Positions 1 to 9,834 of a DNA stretch of 64,000 nucleotides are shown here, piece by piece (positions within the stretch are counted from its first letter, which is position 1; each line of letters opens with the position of its first letter). This DNA is from Paraspadella gotoi (lineage: Eukaryota; Animalia; Chaetognatha). The position numbers were made by a program, and so were the translations under genes. The stretch lies in contig CM119267.1 of NCBI GenBank assembly GCA_051294375.1, positions 14,749,694-14,813,693 on the forward strand, read 5' to 3'. The notes beneath the pieces were generated by a model that had not been told where the DNA came from, ran no database searches, and was given only the letters and a program-made list of their open reading frames with translations.

Positions 1-112
1 CTGCTTTTTCTGATTCGTTTAAAACGAATTAAGCTCTGCAGCAGCTGTCCAGCTTTTCTCTCTCTTTTTTTTTCTCTCTCTTACTTATACATGCATTTGT
101 TTGTTTTATTTA

Positions 113-720
113 TGATGAATGGCTTATCGTAGTAATAAATGATTATCATCGTATCAATGAATGATTATTTTTGTATCAATGAATGATTATCAGCACATCA
201 ATGAATGATTATCATTACATCAGTGAATGACTGTCATCGTATCAATGAATATTTTTAAATCAATTAATGATTATCATTGCATCAGTGAATGACTATCATT
301 GCATCAGTAAATCATTATCATTGCATCAGTGAATGATTATTATCGCATCAATGAATGATTATCATTGCATCAATAAATGACTATCATTGCATCAATGATT
401 GGCTATTATTACATTAATGAATTACTATCATCACATTAATGAATAATTATCATTTCATCAATGAATGATTATTGTTGCATCAGTGAATGACTACGTCGCA
501 TCAGTGAATGACTATCGTCGCATCAGTGAATGACTATCGTCGCATCAGTGAATGACTATCGTCGCATCAGTGAATGACTATCGTCGCATCAGTAAATGAC
601 TATCGTTGCATCAGTAAATGACTATCATCGCATCAATGAATGACTAATTGACTATTGTTGCATCAATGAATAATTATCGTCGCATCAATGAATGACTATC
701 ATCGCATCCATCATTTGGTT
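113..720. repeat. 22-bp tandem minisatellite (consensus TGAATGACTATCGTCGCATCAG), probably intronic in the ABCB10-like gene
   Basis: Near-perfect copies at about 484-600 degenerate toward both ends, and there are no unique spacers. Confidence 0.9.
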
Positions 721-941
721 ATCATCGCATCAATCCTTTGGTTATCATCGCTTCAATCAATCAATATTATATCAATCAATCAATTATTATTACATTAATA
801 ATTTGTTATCGTATCAATCTTTTTTTTTTTCATTAATTTTCTTTGATAGTAACGTCTGGCGAGATCACTATACTTTAAGATTTTTTTTTTATATATTAGT
901 TCTATTATTATTTCACAAACTCGACATTTCTTTCCTTAAAG

Positions 942-2228
942 GCATTTCCACCTTCTACTCGGAACTGATGCGCGGAGTCGGGGCTTCGACGAGACTGTGG
1001 AACCTTATCGGTGACGTCAAACAAAATCCGGCGTTGGGGATAACACCGGAAGTCAATGACGCCGGAATCGTCCCTTCCATGGAGATTCTCGAGGGCGACA
1101 TTTTATTTAAGGTAGCGCGACGCCAATAAGAGATTTTCAACCTAATAATTAAATAAGATCCGTCGCGACAGGACGTTTCCTTCTCGTACCCAACTCGTCC
1201 CAAGGACGCCATCTTTACGGATTTAAATATACACTTTCCCGCGGGAAAAGTTACTGCCATCGTGGGAAAAAGCGGTTCTGGTAATAATGTAGGGCAAATT
1301 GTACGTTGGGAGTTCTACCGTGTCAAAAAGAAAAGATTGATTAAAGAACGAATGTTCATTAACTCTATTTTTTAGGAAAGTCAACGTTGACTTCCTTGCT
1401 TTTAAAGATGTACGAACCGACTTCTGGCTCGATTCAAATTCGCGATGTCGATGTAGCTAAAATTAGTCCTTCGTGGTTACGAAGGCAAATAGGGATTGTG
1501 GCACAAGAGCCAATTTTGTTTTCTACTAACATATTAGATAACATCAGGTGATCATTAATTGATTTGAAACTCTTGACTAAAATTTAGAGTAACCTTGTTT
1601 ACAAAAATATTTAGATACGGCACAAACGCTTATAAAGTTGATGTTATTGAGGCTGCGACGCAAGCCAACGCTCACAGTTTTATATCTCAACTTTCCGAGG
1701 GCTACGACACTCTTGTTGGAGAGAGGTATAAAACCTTTTCCTAGCTAGTATTAAGGATTGCTTTTTCTCTGGCGTTTATTGTTAATTATCACGGAGAAAT
1801 GAAACATTAATTTTAACGTTATTCATTGAACGTTATTTACTTTTTGATGATTAACCTTCCCAGTTTTTTTTTTTTTATTCCTTTTTCATTTTTCCGTCCA
1901 AAGAGGCGTCATGCTCTCTGGTGGCCAGAAGCAGCGAGTAGCCATCGCCCGAGCCATCCTTAAGAACCCATCGATCCTCATCCTGGACGAAGCCACGTCG
2001 GCCCTCGACGCGGAGAACGAGGCTCTCATCCAAGACGCTCTCGAGAGATTCATGGTCGGGAGGACCGTCATAGTCATTGCTCACAGGCTGAGCACCATTA
2101 GGAACGCGGACCGAATATGCGTACTTCATGGCGGCGGAGTGGCGGAATTTGGAACATACGCAGAACTGATGAAAAACAACGGCGTGTTTAGAAAACTCAT
2201 GCAGAAACAGGCGCTTGCTTCGTTCTGA
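942..2228 (+). CDS. ABCB10: ABCB-family half transporter, ABCB10-like (3' part: end of TMD plus nucleotide-binding domain); 5' end outside window
   Basis: Exons at about 942-1111, 1172-1280, 1376-1547, 1615-1725 and 1904-2228 splice in frame. They give [18 protein letters not shown], Walker A GKSGSGKST, Q-loop VAQEP, signature LSGGQKQR, Walker [13 protein letters not shown] and H-loop IAHRLST. Confidence 0.85.
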
Positions 2229-2801
2229 AAAACGTACTATACCAGAATCAAGCTTACCTGGTGATTGGCGAAACTGTATGGTTAAAGATTACGTTATCGG
2301 AGAAATCGGACTCGTGCTTAAACTTAACCCTTACTGTTGGGTGTTGGGTGTTGGCCTTACTATTCTCGTGATTTCATTTTGCTCCTGTTTATACTTTTTG
2401 TTTGCTCCTCTATTTTTCTAGGAACGAATTAATTAGGCAGCTATATTATTTTATTTCAGCTATTATTGTTGGAATTATTAGGAAATGAGGATCGTGTTGA
2501 ACCTGAATGAGATCTAATTCGCGCCATGTTTGTCGGCTTCAAGGTTTTCATCCTCATAAACGTGTCCCTGTGTCCCACGATAAGAAATTATGCTTGATTT
2601 ATAGCGATAATTTTAGCGATATTTTCGGTTTATTTTTAAATTGTTAAAAATATTGAAATGTTCACTTTCTTTTAGATTTTCAATTCATTATATTTTTCCA
2701 GTAAAGGTTTAGAATAGAAAAGAATTGCTTTAATAATCCTTATTTTCCAGTTAGTATGTAGAGAATTGATTTCTGGCCCTTGTGGCCAGAGGGGATAAAC
2801 G

Positions 2802-4211
2802 ATGGGAATAACTTTGAGAGAGTTGGAGAGAGGCAAAGTTGTTCCCGGAGATGATGCCAATGTTTCTCAATGGAGTCAATTTAATCCCCCATCGTGGTTT
2901 GACCAAGAAAAGTTTAACCGGTAGGAGTCTATAAATATTACTGTACTGAGTGTTATTAATGCTTTTCACTGAAACATTCTTTAAATTCTAGGGGTCGTTA
3001 TTTTTTTCACCAAAATATTTTGTCCATTTTGTTCTCCTACATGGTCAGTTTATTAAATGGCTTCCATTTGGAAATGTTTTTGAGGGTAAAAAAAAGATTT
3101 TTAATAATCAAATTTTAGTCACTTTATATTTGTATTTCTTTTCAGACTTTACTGTTTACCGGCCAATCATCATCTCCAGAGATTGCGGGAAAACGATATT
3201 TCGCTACGCTTCTTCACATCCTACGGTGGTATGACCAAAACATTACTGAAACTTCGTCGGTAGGGTACCAGGTATTTACAAAAATAAAAAATAATTTAAA
3301 AATGGCAGAAAGTCAGTTTTTCTAAATTCTTCTCAGAGCTTGATAAGAGTTCGCAAAATACACCATTTCGTTCGCAAGTCAATGAGAAAAAGAGATAAGC
3401 TGGTTTTACTGACCCACTTGGATCATTCCAAATCCGACGGCACATTCCTTGATGCCGACGATGAAAACGACGACAAGGATGAAGACGGTCCCAACCTTTA
3501 CCTCAACCAATACGAACTCGGCATCGTTCAGAGCGCCTTTGTCGTCGGAGTGACTCTCTACGCTTACGATTTTGGGATCGACGCCTCGCGGGAGGAGCTG
3601 GAAGATTACCTCTTCACTTGGCGCGTCTTCGGCTATTATCTCGGTCCGTTGATTTTAAACTTTTTCTCGAGAATCGAAGTTTGAGGAAAAGTAAAAATGT
3701 GATTTAAATGTGGCTCGTGTACATTCTAGGAATTCGCGACGAATTCAACATCTGCTTTGGTAACTTGGACGACGTCCGCGCGATCGTCAAGGAAATTCGG
3801 GACGCGGAGGTCGCCCCCGCTGTTCAAGCGCAAAACCCCCAAGCCGATCTGGTGGCGAGGGCCTTTATCCAGGGTGCACATGAAAGATTTCACGGTCCAG
3901 GTTAATTAAGCCCTTTTAACTTTTTAACCTTCCAGTTAAGCTCTCTCTACGATATAAACTCAAGTTGATATAACTTAACGTTATCAGATGCAACGGTGTC
4001 GACTTTTTTGAGTCCTGCTGCCCTCATAAGTTACTCTCAACGTATGCTGGGTCTTGACGAACGCTTCGAACCCAGAGACTTAACGAGATTCGACGTTTTT
4101 ACGATTTGGCTGCTCAAATTATTTTTTATCGGTTTATTCTACGTTCCTCCTTTCAAAAGATTCATTAATTCTTTTACTAGTCTTCCCAATGTGATGAGTC
4201 TTATTGCGTGA
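2802..4211 (+). CDS. ER-bound oxygenase MpaB/rubber-oxygenase (Lcp) catalytic-domain family protein (DUF2236-like)
   Basis: Six in-frame exons give MGITLRELERG...PSWFDQEKFNRGRYFF...LLFTGQSSSPEIAGKRYFATLLHILRWY...SLIRVRKIHHFV...LNQYELGIVQSAFV...DYLFTWRVFGYYLGIRDEFNIC. This is the motif series typical of animal DUF2236 proteins. Confidence 0.8.
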
Positions 4212-4447
4212 ATTATTTTAAATAGTTTTAATTTGTTTAAATTTTTTACATTTGTATTTAAATTATTTTTTTTTATTTGATTTTATTTGAAAAAAATTTT
4301 AAACTTTTTCTACGTACCTCCTCCCAGCTGTCGAGTAGATTAGCAACTTAGAATTTTCCTCGATTCGAAGAACTGGTGTTTGGTTCAAGCAAAACTAATA
4401 TTCTAAAGCATAATTGGAGGTTTTCTTCTGACGAAAAAAACCCGAAA

Positions 4448-5368
4448 ATGTCTCAAGGGTCCTTGAGTCGATGCGCCTTCCACGCAGGAAGTTGGTACAC
4501 CGATGACGGCGCTGAACTGAATAAACAATTGAGCGAATGGCTGTCGAAGGCGCGCGCCACGCCAAACACAGACGTGGGCGCCACAGCGCGCGCCGTCATT
4601 GCCCCTCACGCCGGATACCTTTACTGCGGGGCGTGCAGTGCCTTCGCCTACAAACACATCGAGCCTTCAACGACTCGCCGCGTCTTCATCCTCGGCCCTT
4701 CCCACCATGTCCGCCTCTCCGGTTGCGCCATCTCCTCCGCCGCCACCTACGAGACGCCGCTCTACCCACTGCGCGTCGACCAAGGCGTATACGAGGAGCT
4801 CCTCGCCGCCGGTCCATTTGAACGCATGACGCCCAAGACGGACAAGAACGAACATAGTCTCGAGATGCATCTGCCTTACGTGGCCAAAGTAATGGAGAAC
4901 TACCGGGATCGCTTTACCATCGTCCCCATCCTCGTCGGCGGCCTCTCTATCTCCAAGGAGCAGGCCTACGGTCGCATCTTTGCCAAGTACCTCAAGGATC
5001 CCTCAAACGTGTTCGTCATCTCCTCCGACTTCTGTCACTGGGGATCTCGATTTAACTACGAGTATGTGGACAACAGCTTCCAGTCGATCTGGGAAAGCAT
5101 CGAGCATCTCGACCGGATGGGGATGAACGCCATTGAGACGCTCAAACCGGAAGAGTTCTCCGCGTATCTCTCCGCCTACAGCAACACTATCTGCGGGCGC
5201 CATCCCATAGGCGTTCTTCTCAATGCCATCAGCGCCATCAACGCCGAGGGCAACGGGCACCGGATGTCGCTTCGCTTTGTGCAGTACGAGCAGTCGTCCA
5301 AATGTCACAAACCCAGCGACTCTTCTGTCAGCTACGCCTCCGCCGTTTTCACTCTGCAACGTCATTAA
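4448..5368 (+). CDS. MEMO1: Protein MEMO1 (AmmeMemoRadiSam B family), intronless CDS
   Basis: [48 protein letters not shown] and DSSVSYAS motifs are present. The ATG is at 4448. Confidence 0.95.
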   Translation: MSQGSLSRCAFHAGSWYTDDGAELNKQLSEWLSKARATPNTDVGATARAVIAPHAGYLYCGACSAFAYKHIEPSTTRRVFILGPSHHVRLSGCAISSAATYETPLYPLRVDQGVYEELLAAGPFERMTPKTDKNEHSLEMHLPYVAKVMENYRDRFTIVPILVGGLSISKEQAYGRIFAKYLKDPSNVFVISSDFCHWGSRFNYEYVDNSFQSIWESIEHLDRMGMNAIETLKPEEFSAYLSAYSNTICGRHPIGVLLNAISAINAEGNGHRMSLRFVQYEQSSKCHKPSDSSVSYASAVFTLQRH

Positions 5369-6007
5369 GAAAGGACGGGGGAATTGAGCTATCTTCAGCA
5401 TTTGTTCTTTCCTCCATATTTCTAGAACGTATGATCTCGACGCGATACCCATGAGCGAGCTATTGTAACATTATCGTTAGCCGGCTATTGGGCAAAATTT
5501 TAGCGAATTTTGGTACAAACTTATTTAACTCTCTCTTAGACGTGTACTTGTTTCCTCCAAGCCCTCCCGCTCGATAAACTTGTTCGTTTTCATAATTTTT
5601 TTTTCGGCCATGGGAAAGTCGAAAATTACGTACGTACGTATAGAATGTACAACAGATATATCATATTGAAATTATGTACAATAACAATAACAAAAGCGAA
5701 CCGTGAAATATTTTCTTGATCTTTATTATTCTTAGGCGACCAATTTTATACCGTTCCTTATCGGGAGAGCTAAAGTGCATGTTAGGCTACGAGTTCAGAC
5801 GTAGATTCATTATCGTGATTTTTTAATTCTGAAACTAATTTTTGTATTCAACTTTTAAAAAAATTATCATACTTTTCGTAATATTGTCGGCAACTTTATT
5901 CATTTCTTTATACGTAAGCTTGCAATTTGCTAGGAAGAAATCCGTATATTTACTCTTTTCAATTTTTTTAGGCGGTTTTCTCGTTAAGAAATCTTATTAA
6001 TAAGACA

Positions 6008-7051
6008 ATGAATTGTTCTGACGAGACGTTGCGACTGGGTCAACAAATCAAAGTCGCCAGAAACGAGCTAAAAAACCTGCGTAACTCAGTCGATGCTTTG
6101 AAAAGGTTGCACAGAAAAGAAGTGACACGTATTTCCGATTCTATTCACGCAACGTTAAATGTAACAGCCAACCATGACGCCAAATCAGAGGTCGTTCCGA
6201 AAGGTTTTGCTCATCAACGGTCGACACTAGATTTATATTACAACATGAAAACCATCGGCACCGTCTCTTCCATCTTCGCCGACAAAAACGGAACGCCGCG
6301 ACAATCCTCGATAGCTTCGAATAGTAGAGCGTCGCTCGTCATCGACAGGACCGTTTTCAACAACCCGGCGCACGCCTTGGAAGGTCTCGAACAATACTCT
6401 CATCTCTGGCTCATTTTCGTCTTTCACAAGAACGGCCCTTCGTCGAGTTCCTCCTTCACCAAAGCGAAGACTCACCCGCCGCGACTCGGCGGCGAGAGCG
6501 TTGGGGTGTTCGCCTGTCGCTCACCGCATCGCCCCAACCCGATCGGACTCACCCTGGCCAAAATTCGTTCCATCGACGGTGACGTGGTGCATCTCGAAGG
6601 TGTCGACCTCATCGACGGGACGCCCGTTCTCGACGTTAAACCTTTCATCCCTAAGTACGATGGCGGACAGATCTTTGAAAGACATGGTGAGGAAGTGGAC
6701 GCTACCCGGGAGAGCTGCGTCAAGACGGCCGATTGGGTCACTACCGCCGATCGCAATGGGGAAGGAGTAAAGATTCTCTTTTCACCCGTCGCCGAGGCGG
6801 GACTTGAGGCTGCCGTCGAACGAATTCAAAGTCGTCCAACGCCCTCAGTCGATGCCGATTGGAGCTGTGACTCTGTCGCCAACTTGAGGAGCTTGCTGGT
6901 CGACGTTCTCCGCGCCGACCCGAGGTCCGTTTATCGAAAACAAAAATGTCAAGATCGACTCTATTTTGTCGAATTCGCCGGGATTAACGTGACTTGTTGG
7001 TTCGATGACGAAAGCAAAGTTGTCAATGTACTTAAGATCGCCGCCGAGTGA
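6008..7051 (+). CDS. TRMO: tRNA (adenine(37)-N6)-methyltransferase (TsaA/TRMO), intronless CDS
   Basis: Metazoan-type N-terminal coiled coil, then KNGTPRQ, LEGLEQYSHLWLIFVFH, GVFACRSPHRPNPIGLTLAK, DLIDGTPVLDVKPF and ADPRSVYR. Confidence 0.92.
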   Translation: MNCSDETLRLGQQIKVARNELKNLRNSVDALKRLHRKEVTRISDSIHATLNVTANHDAKSEVVPKGFAHQRSTLDLYYNMKTIGTVSSIFADKNGTPRQSSIASNSRASLVIDRTVFNNPAHALEGLEQYSHLWLIFVFHKNGPSSSSSFTKAKTHPPRLGGESVGVFACRSPHRPNPIGLTLAKIRSIDGDVVHLEGVDLIDGTPVLDVKPFIPKYDGGQIFERHGEEVDATRESCVKTADWVTTADRNGEGVKILFSPVAEAGLEAAVERIQSRPTPSVDADWSCDSVANLRSLLVDVLRADPRSVYRKQKCQDRLYFVEFAGINVTCWFDDESKVVNVLKIAAE

Positions 7052-7105
7052 CTTAAATTTAAATTGTTGCTTTTTATTATCGCATTCTCGTCGCCGTTTA
7101 CAGTG

Positions 7106-7903
7106 ATGTCGCTCTCTGACCTTTTGTTCTGCATCGACTTTTCCGCGAAAAAACACAAAAACCAAAGACGAAAAGACCCTGAGGGAACTCCGTACATCAA
7201 TCACCCACTGGGCGTAGCCCATTCGCTCGCCAACGAGGGAGGCGTCGAAGATCTCGACGTTCTCAAAGCCGCCGTACTTCACGACACCGTCGAAGACACT
7301 GACACCACGATTGAAGAGATCGAGCAGGTGGTCGTTTTACTCGTTGATACGTTTTTTGATCAAGTATTTAATTTTACTCGTGCCCTCTTGTTCAACAGGT
7401 TTTTGGTTCGACTGTTGCCAGGATCGTCGCCGAGGTAACCGACGACAAATGCCTTTCGAAAGAAGAGAGAAAGAGGCTTCAAGTGGTCAACGCTCCACAC
7501 AAAAGCGAACAGGCGAAACTGGTTAAGTTAGCCGACAAACTCTATAACCTCAGAGACCTGGACAGGTAAGAAGTCGGGTTATTGGTATTGAGAGGCCTTA
7601 ACTCTGAAACACTGATCTCTTAATCAAATCAATCTGTGACCGAAAAATCTATCAATCAATTAACATAAGATTATTCAATCAATAAATCAACCTATTTATA
7701 TCTGATAATTCAATCAGTCCGTTATTAATTATTTTTTCAGAGTTGCTCCGATTGGATGGTCTGAAGCCCGCGTGCTCGAATATTTCCAGTGGGCGGCGAT
7801 GGTGGTGCGAGGTTGCCGTGGAACCAACACCCAATTGGAAAATCTTCTCGATGAACTTTTTTTAAAACACGGAATTGACGTCAGTGAACCTGGGACGGAA
7901 TGA
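7106..7903 (+). CDS. HDDC3: HD-domain ppGpp hydrolase / NADPH phosphatase MESH1
   Basis: Exons 7106-7327, 7399-7565 and 7741-7903 give [49 protein letters not shown] and PIGWS...EYFQWA. Confidence 0.95.
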
Positions 7904-8208
7904 AGGGCGCAATTTATCTCCTCTTTCTTGCTCAACGATAATGCACGAAAACAAAGATCGTGGTTTTTGGATTTTTCGGGATTTTTTCATCCGTTCGCTT
8001 TTGGCATGACAATAACACGCCCTTTTACTTTTTTTTACAATAATTTATGATTTTCTGATTAGTTTCACCTTGGAATTTGTTACCGCAAATTTATTTTAAA
8101 ATATATTTTTCTATACTACTCTTCTTGGTTTTTTTTACAGCTCATTTCTAAAAAAATAGCTTGATTGCAAAATCTTTGTAGCTAGAAAAAAAGACGCCCT
8201 CTTGTATC

Positions 8209-8739
8209 ATGAGCGCTATCACGTTGGCGAATGCGTTGTGGATTTTATTGACTTCCCTTTTGTGGGGCATAACGAATTCTTTGATGAAAAAAGGCGCTGA
8301 AGGAATAGAGGGGGCGCCTCGTGAGCCAGACCGGGGAGAGACGGGGTGGTGGGCAAAGACGCGGCGCCGAGTGAAGAACTCTTTGAAGGAAGCTAAATGG
8401 TGTTTCACCAACTGGCGTTTGATGGCACCTTTCGCCTTCAATCAGCTGGGTTCCGTCGTTTTTTACTACAGGTTTTTAAACTGCAGCTGCCGAAATAAGA
8501 ATAGAGGCATATTCCCCAATTTTTTTTCCCTCTCCTTATAATTTACTTTCGATCGCAGTTTATCTCGACTCGATCTCTCCCTCGTCGTCCCTCTCACCAA
8601 CTCGTTAACGACTGTGATCACGGCATTAACCGGCATTCGCATCGGCGAAAGAAGAAACGCGCACACACTGAAGAGTTACGCGGGAATGACTCTCGTTTGT
8701 CTGGGATCCGCCCTATGTCTGTGGGGAAAAATCAATTAA
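8209..8739 (+). CDS. TMEM234: Transmembrane protein 234 homolog
   Basis: Exons 8209-8471 and 8559-8739 give LLWGITNSLMKKG...FAFNQLGSVVFYYSLSRLDLSLVVPLTNSLTTVIT...IGE...GMTLVCLGSALC. Confidence 0.88.
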
Positions 8740-8891
8740 TGTTATATAATACGTGTAAGGATGGAAATCTTCAATTTCTTGATGGCTTTTTTTTCTGATG
8801 CCTTACTACGAAATAGTCTTGTCGACGTAATGAGATCGAAATCAGTGAAACTCCAGCTTAAATTTTCGACGACCCGGTCGAATAATGACCA

Positions 8892-9429
8892 ATGAACTGC
8901 GGCTGCTGCGCGGCTCTCGTCCGTCTTTGGACTGGCGTCGCGGGCGATGCGGCGTCGTCGTCAAGCCGAGGCCGAGGCTTTGACTCAGGACGAACTGGCA
9001 GCGACGACGACGAGGCGTTGCTCCGGGAAAAAGAAGAAGAAGAGGAAAAGGGTGGAGGGGACGTCGAGTATTGGGAATGCGGCGTTGGGAAATCGGGGGA
9101 AGCTTTGGAAGACGACCAGGGTAAATGAATGGGCTGCTATGCTCCAAATAAAGGCCATGTTAAGTTTAGTATTTGGTTTTCATTGATAAATACCAACCAT
9201 TGGATTTTCCTCTACAACCGCAGCTATGATGCCTTCGACGCTTTCCAAATACGAAAAGGTCCTGTTGAAGCACGAAAAGCGTGTACAGAAAAAATTAAAC
9301 AGACCATTGAGTTTAGTGGAAGCGGAGGAGAGAAAAAGCTCGCAAAGGTCCCTCGACGAGACTAACCGTTTACTGCGAGATTTTCTGAAAGGCTCCGATG
9401 CAGCAACGACCACCTCCTCCCCGAGTTAA
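8892..9429 (+). CDS. Small uncharacterised protein (about 144 aa) with an N-terminal Cys cluster and a coiled-coil-like segment
   Basis: Exon 8892-9120 (phase-1 donor GTAAAT) joins in frame to exon 9224-9429 (CCGCAG acceptor). The protein begins MNCGCCAALVRLW. Confidence 0.55.
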
Positions 9430-9834
9430 GTTTTTTTCGCAGTTTCGGGGGAAGGTTTGTTGCGTTTTTGCGAGTACTCGCGGAGCATATCTATAAGTCA
9501 CTTTTCGGTCGGTAAGTCTGACCGTCGGTCTGTCGCACTGACGTTAAATACGCTTATAACGTCCCTATAATTTGTTGCTCATTTGTTAAAACAGGAAAAA
9601 ACCTCAAATCTAAGCAACTCGTACGAGCGCCCCCTTTTGTTTTTAAAGAAATCTTTGTTTTGAAATTAAGTTTGAAAAATCTTATAATCTATAAGGAATA
9701 AAAGACGTGTTTCCTATGCAGAGCGTGTCGTATATTCACGGAAATACATGGGATAAGAATTTAACGTAATCTCATGGTATTAATATCACGTGAATACAAA
9801 GTTTTATAAAATTGAAATATCCATTTTGAAAAAA

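Noticed and set aside
113-720. Regular 22-bp repeats resembling a CRISPR array
   Set aside because: The units are head-to-tail with no unique spacers, there are no cas genes, and the context is a eukaryotic intron. It is a minisatellite.
7028-7106. Possible TRMO-HDDC3 fusion by cis-splicing into the AG at 7103
   Set aside because: Fusion needs a phase-1 donor. The nearby GT donors (7028, 7048) are phase 0 and phase 2 and lead to immediate stops.
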